A stretch of 64,000 nucleotides of DNA, taken from an uncultured Candidatus Babeliaceae bacterium. Lineage in GTDB: Bacteria > Babelota > Babeliae > Babelales > Babelaceae. Shown here piece after piece: positions 1 to 10,569 of this stretch (position 1 is the stretch's first letter; each line of letters begins with the position of its first letter). Below the pieces are notes generated by a model. That model was not told the origin of the DNA. It saw only the letters and a list, made by a program, of their open reading frames with translations, and searched no databases. Where the stretch lies: assembly GCA_963704655.1 (NCBI GenBank), contig OY969927.1:1056001-1120000 (forward strand), written 5' to 3'. The position numbers and the translations under genes were made by a program.

Positions 1-123
1 AATATTGAAATAGTCCACTACTGCTACAGTATGATAGAAGTATACGTAAAACTTTTAAAATGGGGAATCATTGTGGCCTTACGTATTATAAAAAATTTGG
101 ATGTTATTGTAATAAGCCTTTGT
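1..123 (+). repeat. Degenerate copy of the tspO upstream region and first codons (paralogous to 4908-5034)
   Basis: AATATTGAAATAGTC...GTATACGTAA...GGGGAATCATT.TGG..T.ACGTATTAT.AAAAATTT.GATGT...TAATAAGCCTTTGT is shared and collinear between the two sites. Confidence 0.85.
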
Positions 124-231
124 AAAAACATTTATTTTATTTGATGGCTGTGTGGGAAACAGTAGCAAAGCTTTTCAGTTCATGACTATTATTGTAATAA
201 AGGGTCACAACTTATTTACAAGAGAAATGAT

Positions 232-1215
232 ATGAATAAAATTACTTTAAAAGTTCTTATAATTTCAATGTCTTTAACAATCTTTAATGATTTAAAAAGT
301 CCTGTTGGCTTGGCAAACGAAGGCGCAACGTGTTATATAAATTCAACACTACAAGCTCTTTTTGCATGTAATCCTTTTGTGTCTCTTATTGAAAGGCTCC
401 ATGATCAGAAGAAATTTTTAGATAAATCTGTTGGTGATGAGCTTTATCAGTTAATTATTAATCATAAGTTCTCTGAAGCTAGTATTAAGCCAACAGAATT
501 TATTCAATGCATTTCAAAAGTAAGTTTGATGGGTAGTTTGGCTATAAATAGTCAGCAAGATGCTGGTGAATTTTTTATTCAGCTTATAGCCAAATTAGAT
601 GAAAAGGGCACAGGCGTAAGCAACGTATTTAATATTAATATTCTTGCACGCGGCATACCTAGCGTGCTTATAACTGTCAACGCGCCTATAGCTAATGATG
701 GTATGCGTTTAATAGATATGGTGAATAATTATTTTGATAAAAGCACTCCTCTAGTAAATACCGGAGATATTTTTGTGATCCAACCCATAAGGGCGCTTTT
801 TGGGCAAAAGGATATGAAAACTATTCATTATGATTTACTACCCCTAACATTAGATATTCAAAAAAAGAAGGTCGCGTATAAACCAATAGCTGTTGTCCTT
901 CATGCTGGTGAAACAGTTAGATCTGGACATTATATAGCGGTAGTATGTTATGATAATACCTGGTACATATGTGATGATAGCTTTGTTTCTCCAATTTCAT
1001 TTGAACTTGCAACACAAATAATTAATGGTGAAAAATTTATTATAAATCAGATACATTATAGTAGTTTTCAATCATTTCTTTTCTTTTTTGAGCGCTCACC
1101 CGAAGCACACGTAGTAATACCCGAAGCAAAAAAACAGACAAAATTGAATCAGCTATTTTCTGAATGTATTAAAAGTCTTAATGCACTTTATTTGGGCACC
1201 AGGCTTTTATCTTGA
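232..1215 (+). CDS. Eukaryote-like ubiquitin-specific protease (USP/C19 family deubiquitinase), probable signal peptide
   Basis: Cys box GLANEGATCYINSTLQAL, QQDAGEF, His box VVLHAG..SGHYIAV, WYICDDS. Confidence 0.9.
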   Translation: MNKITLKVLIISMSLTIFNDLKSPVGLANEGATCYINSTLQALFACNPFVSLIERLHDQKKFLDKSVGDELYQLIINHKFSEASIKPTEFIQCISKVSLMGSLAINSQQDAGEFFIQLIAKLDEKGTGVSNVFNINILARGIPSVLITVNAPIANDGMRLIDMVNNYFDKSTPLVNTGDIFVIQPIRALFGQKDMKTIHYDLLPLTLDIQKKKVAYKPIAVVLHAGETVRSGHYIAVVCYDNTWYICDDSFVSPISFELATQIINGEKFIINQIHYSSFQSFLFFFERSPEAHVVIPEAKKQTKLNQLFSECIKSLNALYLGTRLLS

Positions 1216-1278
1216 ATTATTAAAACAGTACATAGTACCATTAAAAAAATACTTATCTATATATTAGGGGCATGAGTT

Positions 1279-3450
1279 ATGGAATGGAAAAATTTTGAAA
1301 ATTTTATTATTAAATATGTTCTTCAAATAGGCGGATCTTGCATAGCACTTACAGGACTTATTTATTTGATTATATACAGTATCCAACAAGGTTACATAAC
1401 CCCGGCTTTTCGCGTTGGCGCCTTGACAACAGTCTCAGCGGCTTTACTTGTAGCCGGCGAGTATATACACAATAAATCAAAAATATGGGCAATTGGGGTT
1501 AGTGCGCTTGGCATTGCAGGCCTTTCAACAAGTCTGGTTCTTTCTATAAGGGTATATAATTTTTTTACTGAACCTTATGGTCTCAGTTTTTTTGCAGTTG
1601 CGCTTTTAGGAACCTTTTTTGCCCAGCGTTATTCGTCACAGACACTTGGCGTTATAACTTTTCTGGCGGCTTTTTTAATGCCACTTGGTTTTAACTGTAT
1701 TATGCATGAGGCGCCTGTAAGTGTACCACTTTTTTTAGCTCTTTTTGTGATTGTGTCACTTTTAAAGCAGTGGTATATTTTATTTTCTTTGGCATTTATC
1801 ACCGGCATTTCTGAATATGTTATGGGTTATAGAAGATTTGAAAAAATAGCCAGATTTTTGCATGCGAGCATCTATGTTAGTATTTTTCTAATACTAACAA
1901 CAGCATGTGAACTTTTCCATAAGCGCTTTAAAGACTATTTTTTACCTGCAGCTATTTTTGTTGCGTGTTTTTTATGGCGACCTTCATTTATTATTTCATC
2001 ACTTGAGATTATTAAACTTTCTGTAAGTCAATCGTATGCTCTAGATGCCCTGGCTTATATATTAGCTGTTGTCTTGATATATTTTTATGATGCTCGTGCA
2101 CGCAACCTCATGGTCGCATATTCCCTTTCATCACTTCTTCTTTCTTATGTATTTGTTATAAGCTTTTTACAGAGCTCGTATGTGATATTTATCGTTTTTG
2201 TTGTTTATGGAATAGTGCTTTATTTAGCAGGCTTTTTTGCACAACAAATTGTTTTGAGAGGCTATGGTTTTTTTACTCTCTTTTTAAGTCTGTTATATCA
2301 TTATTTGTTACAAGGGGGTTTTGAAGTACAACTTAGAACGATGTCAGAAGATTTCTTCCTTTATACGCCCATCGCCATGGGCTTACTCTTTATCACAGCG
2401 TTATTGGTAAGATTTGTTTTTAAAGATCAAAAAGCAATAAATTCAAAATTTGAAGCATTTATCTTTGAGACCTTTGGCATACTACTCGGGTTAATGTTGC
2501 TTTATAAACTTGATCTTGAAGCTATGCAGGCTATTGGTATAGCAACAGGAGTTGCATTTTGCATATTATTGTATGGAATTTTTGCACGATACGCACCATT
2601 GCGTGATCTTTCTTATATAATTTTTGTTCTAATTTCTGGCATTTTGCATGTAATGATAATGGGAAAAAGTATTCTTATGCAGGAATTTTTGTCACCATTA
2701 AGCATAGACGCTTTGCCGCACATTTTGATTATTTTAATTATTCTTTTAAGTGCCTACGTATCGTATTATTTTAAAGATAGGTTCGATGAAGATGATAATG
2801 TTGCATGGAAATATTTAGAGCTTGGTGCATTACTAGTAACATCTGTAACACTATGTATGTTCGCGCAAGATTTTATTCTCGGGGCGGTGATTTCGCTTTT
2901 TGGGCTTCTTGTTGTAGCTCTTGGTTTATATCAAAGGAGCTTTGAAATAAGAATATGGGGGTACTTTAATCTTCTTGGTGCAAGCTTTATGTACCTTGCT
3001 TTTTATCTACAAAATAACGAATTAAGCTTGCCGGCTGATATGCTTGCAGCTGTATTAACGCTTGCGTATGAAACAATGGCTGTTTATATAATTATTCGAT
3101 ATAACAAGCTCTTGGAGAACATCGAGCATAATGCTGGAATGTTAGTCTCTTTATATACTGGCGTTGTTCTTTCATCTGGACTTTTGATTTCAACGGTTAT
3201 TGGTTTCCCTTATAACACGGTTCTTCTTGCTTTAATTGCGGTAGGATTGTTAGGCATGGGCGTTGCGTATAAGCAAAATAGTTTTAAAGTGGTATCTTTT
3301 GTTGCGTTAGCATTTGTGCTTATAGATATTAGTCATCGCATATTAAAAATAGAAGATCTTTTTTATCGCTTTGTTGCGCTCATTGCAATTGGTGCTCTTT
3401 TTATTGTTGCGTCACTTGTATACCAATATCTTTCAAGAAAAGAGCGTTAA
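1279..3450 (+). CDS. Polytopic membrane protein, DUF2339-like
   Basis: Many hydrophobic segments; N-terminal ENFI..IGG..YSIQQGYITP.FRV and C-terminal RFVALIAIGAL patterns. Confidence 0.7.
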   Translation: MEWKNFENFIIKYVLQIGGSCIALTGLIYLIIYSIQQGYITPAFRVGALTTVSAALLVAGEYIHNKSKIWAIGVSALGIAGLSTSLVLSIRVYNFFTEPYGLSFFAVALLGTFFAQRYSSQTLGVITFLAAFLMPLGFNCIMHEAPVSVPLFLALFVIVSLLKQWYILFSLAFITGISEYVMGYRRFEKIARFLHASIYVSIFLILTTACELFHKRFKDYFLPAAIFVACFLWRPSFIISSLEIIKLSVSQSYALDALAYILAVVLIYFYDARARNLMVAYSLSSLLLSYVFVISFLQSSYVIFIVFVVYGIVLYLAGFFAQQIVLRGYGFFTLFLSLLYHYLLQGGFEVQLRTMSEDFFLYTPIAMGLLFITALLVRFVFKDQKAINSKFEAFIFETFGILLGLMLLYKLDLEAMQAIGIATGVAFCILLYGIFARYAPLRDLSYIIFVLISGILHVMIMGKSILMQEFLSPLSIDALPHILIILIILLSAYVSYYFKDRFDEDDNVAWKYLELGALLVTSVTLCMFAQDFILGAVISLFGLLVVALGLYQRSFEIRIWGYFNLLGASFMYLAFYLQNNELSLPADMLAAVLTLAYETMAVYIIIRYNKLLENIEHNAGMLVSLYTGVVLSSGLLISTVIGFPYNTVLLALIAVGLLGMGVAYKQNSFKVVSFVALAFVLIDISHRILKIEDLFYRFVALIAIGALFIVASLVYQYLSRKER

Positions 3451-3492
3451 AATTTTACTTTATTTCATAGAATTCATCTAGAAGACGGTTTT

Positions 3493-4863
3493 TTACTGCT
3501 TACGCATCTGTTGCTTTGTATAGGCACTTTGCTTTGCATGATCAACTATAGGCTTTGGGTAGTTAGGAATATCGATTTTTTGGCTCGCAAGAGCATGAAT
3601 TGTTTTTGGCGATATTTCTGCAAGCTCGGGCACCCAACGTTTAATATAGGTGCATTCTGGATCAAATTTTTGCTGTTGCAACCACGGGTTGAATATTCTA
3701 AAATAGGGTTGTGGGTCGCAGCCTGTTGATGCTGCCCATTGCCAGCTGCCATTATTAACAGCGGGGTCATAATCAACTAATTTTTGAGCAAAATATTTTT
3801 CGCCCAAGCGCCAGTCTATATGTAGATCTTTTGTTAAAAATGACGCGACGATCATGCGTACGCGGTTATGCATCCAGCCGGTGGTGTTAAGCTGGCGCAT
3901 GCCCGCATCGACAATAGGAAATCCTGTTTTGCCCTGGCACCAAAGTTTGAATAAATGAGGATCGTTTTTCCAGTGAAGATTTTCATATTTTTCTAAATAA
4001 CTGTGTCCAAATACGCGCGGAAAATGTGCAGCGATTTGTGTATAAAAATCGCGCCAATAAAGTTGCCGAACCAGCATATGCATGGGCCCAAGATGTTTTA
4101 CCATGGTGTGAAATTCTTCACGAATCGAGATGGTGCCAAATTTATTATGTGCAGAAAGGCCGGTAGTTTTTAATTCTGGTAAATCTCGAGTATTTTCGTA
4201 CTCTTGAAAACTATCTATATGCTTTAAAATTTTTAAACCATTTTCGCGGCCTCCATGCACAAAAATTTCTTTATTAAAATCATTAAGAATTTCGCGTGGA
4301 TCTTTTTCGGCGAGTATCTTATGGGCGTAGTAATTTTTATGATTATTCCCACGCGGTTCTGTAACCGGCATTTTTAGTGCGGCGCGATAAAAGGGTGTAA
4401 AAACAGTATAAGGCTTACCAGCTTGTGTTAAAACGCTATCTGGAGCATGTAATAAAAGATCATGATATGAATTGAAATCGATTTTTAATTGTTTGCATGC
4501 TTTTTCTATATGTGCATCACGCTCTAGAGAGTAGGGTGTATAGTCTTGGTTTACAAAAACTGCATCAAATCGGGCTGTTTCAAAGAGCTGTTTAATTACT
4601 TCATGCGGCGTGCCATAAAAAAGATAGAGATGGCCGTTATGTTCTTTAAGTTGTTCTTTTAAATCAGCAAGTGACTCAAGCATAAACTGCAAAGCATTGG
4701 TGCTTCTGTAATGATTTTTTTCTGTTACTTGGTGTGGATCAAAGATAAAGCAGGGAATAACATGCTCAGAATCTTCAAGAGCTTGTAATAAAGCTGTATT
4801 GTCATAAAGGCGCAGGTCTCGACGGAAAATAAATAGTGAACAGGAATATCTTTTTTTATTCAT
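3493..4863 (-). CDS. phrB: Deoxyribodipyrimidine photolyase (class I CPD/cryptochrome family)
   Basis: FRRDLRLYDN, WCQGKTGFPIVDAGMRQL, GWMHNRVRM, DYDPAVNNGSWQW, YFRIFNP. Confidence 0.95.
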   Translation of the reverse strand: MNKKRYSCSLFIFRRDLRLYDNTALLQALEDSEHVIPCFIFDPHQVTEKNHYRSTNALQFMLESLADLKEQLKEHNGHLYLFYGTPHEVIKQLFETARFDAVFVNQDYTPYSLERDAHIEKACKQLKIDFNSYHDLLLHAPDSVLTQAGKPYTVFTPFYRAALKMPVTEPRGNNHKNYYAHKILAEKDPREILNDFNKEIFVHGGRENGLKILKHIDSFQEYENTRDLPELKTTGLSAHNKFGTISIREEFHTMVKHLGPMHMLVRQLYWRDFYTQIAAHFPRVFGHSYLEKYENLHWKNDPHLFKLWCQGKTGFPIVDAGMRQLNTTGWMHNRVRMIVASFLTKDLHIDWRLGEKYFAQKLVDYDPAVNNGSWQWAASTGCDPQPYFRIFNPWLQQQKFDPECTYIKRWVPELAEISPKTIHALASQKIDIPNYPKPIVDHAKQSAYTKQQMRKQ

Positions 4864-4983
4864 TTTTACTCTTGATTATCTTACTTTATTTTACAATTTG
4901 AACAATCAATATTGAAATAGTCTGCTGCTTATTGTTAGAGTATGGTAAGAGTATACGTAATTTTGGTAAAAGGGGGAATCATT

Positions 4984-5466
4984 ATGGTCTCACGTATTAT
5001 GAAAAATTTAGATGTCCTGTTAATAAGCCTTTGTGTAGTGGTATTATCCACAGTGGGCAAAATTTTAACCGATATGGGTATGGTCTGGTATAACACCTTG
5101 GTTCTTCCAAGTTTAACGCCGCCAAATTGGGTTTTTGGAGTTGTTTGGCCAATATTATATATTTTAGTGGCATGCGCAGCGGTTATTTTAGTCCGCGCGT
5201 TTAAACATGTTGGTTATTATCAAACTGTTTTAGGATTTTTCTGTCTTCTTGTGATATTGAACCCACTTTGGTCATATCTATTTTTTATTGAATATAGTAT
5301 CGCAGCTGCTTTATTAGATGCTATTGTTATGGAATTTACCATTATTACTATTATTGTGTATACCTGGCAAGATGCTCGAAATATAGCATTATTAATGGCG
5401 CCTGCAGCACTTTGGGTTGCTTTTGCAATTTATTTAAACTATCAAATTTTACTTTTAAATTATTAG
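4984..5466 (+). CDS. tspO: TspO/MBR tryptophan-rich sensory protein
   Basis: WYNTLVLPSLTPPNWVFGVVWPILY, WSYLFF, WVAFAIYLN; GGGGA SD before ATG 4984. Confidence 0.92.
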   Translation: MVSRIMKNLDVLLISLCVVVLSTVGKILTDMGMVWYNTLVLPSLTPPNWVFGVVWPILYILVACAAVILVRAFKHVGYYQTVLGFFCLLVILNPLWSYLFFIEYSIAAALLDAIVMEFTIITIIVYTWQDARNIALLMAPAALWVAFAIYLNYQILLLNY

Positions 5467-5473
5467 GAGCGCG

Positions 5474-6721
5474 ATGAATATAGCTTCAATTGTAGGTCAT
5501 GAAATATACGACTCTCGTGGCTGGCCAACTCTTTTGTGCGCAATCCAATTAGAAGATGGTTTTACAGCTTATGCTTCTGTTCCAACAGGCCTTTCGCGTA
5601 GCAAACACGAAGCGCGTGAACTGCGTGATGGTGATAAAAGGTTATGGGGAAAAGGTGTTTTAAAAGCTATTGAAATGATCGAGCAAGTAATTGCGCCAGA
5701 ATTTGTTGGACAGGAACCAAATGCCATCACTATGGATTTTAAGATGATAGAAATGGATGGCTCTATTGATAAGTCATATTTAGGTGCAAATACTATGCTT
5801 GCCGTAAGTATGGCGCTCTACCGTGCTCAAGCGCATGTAGAAGGTATAGAACTTTATGAATTGATAGGATATCTTTTTGGTGCAGAAAGTATTACTATCC
5901 CTTTTCCATTTTTTAATGTGATAAATGGTGGCGCGCATGCGCAGAACAATTTACGCATACAAGAGTTTATGGTTGTCCCTGTTGGCGTGCCGACGTTTAG
6001 AGAGTCTATGGAGATAGGCGTTGTTGTCTATCAAGAACTTAAAAACGCTTTAACAAAACGTGGTTACTCAACGGCAGTTGGCGACGAAGGCGGCTTCAGC
6101 CCAGAAGTTAAATCTGATGAAGAGGCTCTTGATATTTTAACTGAGGTTTTAGAAAAAGTGGGTGATTCTGAAGGCAACCGTTGTGTAATCGCCTTGGATT
6201 TTGCGGCAACTCAATTTTATGACAAACTCACGCATACTTATAACTGGCAGAAAAAACATTTAACTTCAAAAGACATGATAGAAGTTTATGAAGAGCTTGT
6301 TTCTACATACCCTATATATTCTATAGAAGATGGCTTAAGTGAAGATGATTGGTCAGGCTGGCAGGCTATGAAAGCAGCTTTGCAGACAAAAGTACAGCTT
6401 GTTGCAGATGATCTTGTAGCAACCAATATTGACCGCATTGCGCGAAGCATAGAAGAAGACTGTGCAACATCAGTAATTATTAAACCAAATCAAATTGGTA
6501 CTATTACTGAAACGTTGCAAGCAATAAAATTATGCAAAGAAAATAACCTCAATACCATAGTTTCGCACCGATCTGGTGAGACAGAAGATTCTTTTATTGC
6601 TGACATCGCAATTGGTTCAAGCGCTGGTCAACTCAAAGCCGGCGGCCCTTCGCGCAGTGAAAGACTAGCAAAATATAATAGAATTTTACTTATTGAAGAT
6701 ATGCTTGTCGGTAGCATGTAA
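5474..6721 (+). CDS. eno: Enolase
   Basis: EIYDSRGWPT, ELRDG, VGDEGGF, IKPNQIG, SHRSGETED, RSERLAKYN. Confidence 0.97.
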   Translation: MNIASIVGHEIYDSRGWPTLLCAIQLEDGFTAYASVPTGLSRSKHEARELRDGDKRLWGKGVLKAIEMIEQVIAPEFVGQEPNAITMDFKMIEMDGSIDKSYLGANTMLAVSMALYRAQAHVEGIELYELIGYLFGAESITIPFPFFNVINGGAHAQNNLRIQEFMVVPVGVPTFRESMEIGVVVYQELKNALTKRGYSTAVGDEGGFSPEVKSDEEALDILTEVLEKVGDSEGNRCVIALDFAATQFYDKLTHTYNWQKKHLTSKDMIEVYEELVSTYPIYSIEDGLSEDDWSGWQAMKAALQTKVQLVADDLVATNIDRIARSIEEDCATSVIIKPNQIGTITETLQAIKLCKENNLNTIVSHRSGETEDSFIADIAIGSSAGQLKAGGPSRSERLAKYNRILLIEDMLVGSM

Positions 6722-6791
6722 AGAAAATTATATTTTTATATGAGTTGATGCTATATTTTCATAAGTTTTTTTAATAACGGCAGGGTGAAAA

Positions 6792-7553
6792 ATGAAAAAT
6801 ATAGTTACATTGTGCGTACTTTTAATAAGCATATTTGGAGACCAATTAAATGCATCTGAATTTCGGATGATGATGGCGGCAATTAATAGTCCACCACTTT
6901 GCATTTATACTTCTCGTTTCCCACCGGTAACTTATGGTCCAATTCCATATTTACCTGATTGTGATCCGGGTGCTGTTTTATTAAATAATAGTTGTTCAAC
7001 CTCTGGACCTTCCATGTGCGATTTGAATGAAGATTTGTTGAGAGAAATCTTAATGCATCCAAACCCTTTGGATGAGGTATTTGACAAAAAAAAGGGGGCA
7101 AGAGATAGACTTGCATTGACTGCTGAACTTTTTAAAGATGGGAGAATTTCTCCTCAAAATGTTCGCCATATTGCATGGAAGATTGCTCTCGATCAAAGAA
7201 CTGAATTGACATTATGGCAATCCCTAAAGAGATTGGTGTTTCCCGATCCGGAGTCCGATAAAACTCTTATTAATTATCACAAAACTTGTCTTACTGCATA
7301 TATATTAGCCTTTAAAGCTGCCCAGCAACACACTGATTTATCATCACGTCGTCAGGAACTTTATCTTGAATGTGATAGATCTCTTATACTTGAGCAAATA
7401 TCTCATTTAGTTAAACTTGGCTGGGTTTCTGAAAATATAAAAATCAAGCCTATTATGAGAAGGATTAAAAAATCGTTTACTGAAGAAAGAGTTTTTTATC
7501 GTAATGATACGGATAAACTAATTAAGAAATGGAACTTTGTAGGGGATATGTGA
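6792..7553 (+). CDS. Secreted hypothetical protein with a possible F-box-like helix
   Basis: N-terminal signal peptide; internal MCDLNEDLLREIL. Confidence 0.6.
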   Translation: MKNIVTLCVLLISIFGDQLNASEFRMMMAAINSPPLCIYTSRFPPVTYGPIPYLPDCDPGAVLLNNSCSTSGPSMCDLNEDLLREILMHPNPLDEVFDKKKGARDRLALTAELFKDGRISPQNVRHIAWKIALDQRTELTLWQSLKRLVFPDPESDKTLINYHKTCLTAYILAFKAAQQHTDLSSRRQELYLECDRSLILEQISHLVKLGWVSENIKIKPIMRRIKKSFTEERVFYRNDTDKLIKKWNFVGDM

Positions 7554-9193
7554 TTATTTTACTCTTATTTGCATTTTTGTCTGGCGTAGTTACGGTGCTT
7601 TCGCCCTGTATTTTACCAGTTCTACCCATTTTACTTTCTGTAAGTGTTGGTCAGGGCCGTTATAGGCCCTATGGCATAATTTCTGGGCTTGTTATAAGTT
7701 TTGCTTTTTTCACATTAAGTTTAACTGCTTTAGTGCATACAACAGGAATTTCGCCAAATATTTTACGCTATATAGCAATACTACTAATAATCTTTTTTGG
7801 CCTAACAATGCTGTTTCCAGAATTGGGAAATTTTTTTGCTGTAAAAACTTCTGTATTTGCGCGCTTAGGGAATATTGTTCAAACGGAATCTCAATTTCTT
7901 GGTAACGGTTTTTTAAGTGGATTTGTTATTGGTGCTGCTCTTGGTTTGATTTGGACGCCATGTGCCGGGCCGATTTTGGCAACTGTTACCACACTTGTTG
8001 CAACACATGCGGTTACCGCGGGAGCTGTTATATTAACAATTGCCTATAGTTTAGGAACCGCATTGCCGATGTTTTTGATTATGTATGGTGGAAATAGAAT
8101 TATTTATTCTACACAGTTTCTTGCACAATATACTGAGCTTATTCGTAGATTTTTTGGAGCATTAATGATTATGGGCGCACTTTCTATTGCGCTGCATGCA
8201 GACAGGGTTTTATTGCAGTTTACTGCCAAATATTTTCCAGCGGTTAGTATAGAAAATAATAAATTTGTTAAAAAAGAATTGGGAGTTTTTATGCCAACTA
8301 AAATAATTACTAACCAAGATACCGCGCCAGAAATTGTCGGTATAGAATCATGGATAAATTCCGATCCACTTACTTTAGAAAAATTGCGCGGCAAAGTGGT
8401 GCTGATAGATTTTTGGACCTACAGCTGCATTAACTGTATACGTACGCTGCCTTATATAAAAGAGTGGTATAAAGAATATAAAGATGCGGGCCTGGTAATA
8501 ATTGGTGTTCATACGCCGGAGTTTGAATTTGAAAAAAAGCTCAGCAATGTGCAAGATGCTGTAAAGAGTTTTGACATAACTTACCCGGTTGCACTTGATA
8601 ACACCTATAGCACTTGGCAAAATTATAGTAACCATTACTGGCCAGCACATTATGTAATTGATCAGGATGGCTTTATTAAAGAGACCCATTTTGGAGAGGG
8701 CGGTTACTTAGAAACAGAAAATGCAATTCGTAATCTTTTAAATCTTCCTGCTTTATCAAAAGAGCCAGAAAAAATAGCAGTTAGGGCTGCCATAACGCCA
8801 GAGACGTATCTTGGTTATGCTCGCGCCCAAGCCTATACGCCTGAAATTAAAATTCAAGAAGATCAAGTAGCTTTGTATACCTATAAAAATAAGTTAGCTG
8901 ACAATACTGTTGGGCTAAAAGGGGCGTGGCGCATCACGCGTGAGTATATTCAGGCCGAAGATGATAATGCGCTTTTAGAATTGAATTTTATTGCGCAAAA
9001 TGTCTATCTTGTTATGCAGTCCCCTGAACCAAAAGACATAAAAGTGCTTTTAGATGGCAAACAGATTAATCAGGTTACTGTTGCGCAAGCACGCATGTAT
9101 ACACTGTGTGAGTTAAAAGACAATTCAACACGCTATATTATGGTATTAGAAGTTCCTAAAGGCGTTTTATTATATGTATTCACTTTTGGGTGA
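7529..9193 (+). CDS. dipZ: DipZ-type CcdA/thioredoxin fusion (cytochrome c biogenesis/redoxin); the true start may be slightly downstream
   Basis: SPCILPVLP, WTPCAGPIL, DFWTYSCINC, GVHTPEF, TPETYLG, C-terminal FTFG. Confidence 0.9.
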   Translation: MELCRGYVIILLLFAFLSGVVTVLSPCILPVLPILLSVSVGQGRYRPYGIISGLVISFAFFTLSLTALVHTTGISPNILRYIAILLIIFFGLTMLFPELGNFFAVKTSVFARLGNIVQTESQFLGNGFLSGFVIGAALGLIWTPCAGPILATVTTLVATHAVTAGAVILTIAYSLGTALPMFLIMYGGNRIIYSTQFLAQYTELIRRFFGALMIMGALSIALHADRVLLQFTAKYFPAVSIENNKFVKKELGVFMPTKIITNQDTAPEIVGIESWINSDPLTLEKLRGKVVLIDFWTYSCINCIRTLPYIKEWYKEYKDAGLVIIGVHTPEFEFEKKLSNVQDAVKSFDITYPVALDNTYSTWQNYSNHYWPAHYVIDQDGFIKETHFGEGGYLETENAIRNLLNLPALSKEPEKIAVRAAITPETYLGYARAQAYTPEIKIQEDQVALYTYKNKLADNTVGLKGAWRITREYIQAEDDNALLELNFIAQNVYLVMQSPEPKDIKVLLDGKQINQVTVAQARMYTLCELKDNSTRYIMVLEVPKGVLLYVFTFG

Positions 9194-9214
9194 GTTTGTT
9201 TATAAGGAGAAGTT

Positions 9215-9883
9215 ATGATTATTAGTTGGACGTTAGTCTTTTTTATTATATTTTTTGGAGTATTGTTTGCAGGAGTTATTGAAATTATTCGGTTTCATGT
9301 GCCTGCTGTAAAAAGATTCGATTTAATTTTTACTTTTCTTGCCGGCATAGCAACTTTTTTGATATCAGGCGATCTGTATTTGACCATTACATCAGATGCG
9401 CGCAGTGAAGAAAATAAAATTATTTATAATTCTCTTGACAATGTTCAGAAAAATTTTCTTGATCCGCAACGCGAGTTACTTTCATATTATCCAGAAGGCT
9501 TTTTCTTGTATGCAAGTATGAACCCTGATGTTGATTTTACGCATGAAAAACCGCATGCATTTGATGCTGTAAAAAGAAAGCAGGTTGAGCTATATATTTC
9601 AATGAGAATATTTCAATCTATTGAAGATTTTGTAGTAACGGCACGTTATAATGTTGTTGATCAATATGTTTGGACCAACGGATTTTTGATGTGGTTGCAG
9701 TCACCGATATTGCAAAGTTATTGGCCACTTTTGTCATTTAATTATTCTACCAATACACGTGAATTCATCGAAAAACTTATAAAAAATGCCCAAGATTTGA
9801 ATGCGTTACGTAAACAAAAAGGTGCATTAGAATCTGCTGATTACGATGCTGCGTCAAAGAAAGTTGAGATCTTTGCAGATTAA
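9215..9883 (+). CDS. Hypothetical membrane-anchored protein
   Basis: Two N-terminal hydrophobic segments; AGGAG SD. Confidence 0.7.
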   Translation: MIISWTLVFFIIFFGVLFAGVIEIIRFHVPAVKRFDLIFTFLAGIATFLISGDLYLTITSDARSEENKIIYNSLDNVQKNFLDPQRELLSYYPEGFFLYASMNPDVDFTHEKPHAFDAVKRKQVELYISMRIFQSIEDFVVTARYNVVDQYVWTNGFLMWLQSPILQSYWPLLSFNYSTNTREFIEKLIKNAQDLNALRKQKGALESADYDAASKKVEIFAD

Positions 9884-9889
9884 ACATGA

Positions 9890-10471
9890 TTATATTTCTT
9901 TTATGAGATGTATGCTTTCAGAGAGTGATTTTTTAATAATAGGGTTTCCCTGATACATTATGCGACCGCTGCCTGCGCCTTGAGCATCTATCGAATTGCT
10001 TAATAATGATGTTGCATCGATTTGAATTGATCCAGAAACAGAGATATTAAGATGGTCTGTAGCACCTGAAAGTGCCACATCAATACTGCCACTACCCATG
10101 AGGGTGAAAGTAGGTGTTTTAATGTTATCTATCTGGCCTTTAATTGCGCCACTGGCACCAATAGACTGTAATTCTGGGATTGCTAATGTAACAATAACTG
10201 GGTCATGAACTGGCTTATATTTATCTTTGATTTCTAATTTCGAGCCCTGAGCTTCTACACTGAGCTGCGCAAGAACTGTATCTGATGCTTTTATTTCAAG
10301 CTTTGACTCAGCAGTCTGGGTAATATTTAGAATAATGTTTCCTGAAACGTGTACATCGGTAACACCATGCACATCAACTGAATGGATATCGACTAAAGGT
10401 TGTTTTGCTGCATTAAAAAAGCAGCAGGATGAAAATGCCAATATGGGCAGTAATAAAAAAAATTGTTTCAT
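9890..10471 (-). CDS. DUF2807/GIN-domain (adhesin head-like) putative lipoprotein
   Basis: Signal ending FSSC; repeated SG.. beta-solenoid turns; GSGRIMYQGNP. Confidence 0.75.
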   Translation of the reverse strand: MKQFFLLLPILAFSSCCFFNAAKQPLVDIHSVDVHGVTDVHVSGNIILNITQTAESKLEIKASDTVLAQLSVEAQGSKLEIKDKYKPVHDPVIVTLAIPELQSIGASGAIKGQIDNIKTPTFTLMGSGSIDVALSGATDHLNISVSGSIQIDATSLLSNSIDAQGAGSGRIMYQGNPIIKKSLSESIHLIKEI

Positions 10472-10569
10472 TTAGAATTCCTTTTAATCATCTTAAGATG
10501 TATTTCTATTAGTATATAGGGTTTGGTCGAAAAAACAAAATAGCGCAAGTAAAGCACAAATAATTCTAC

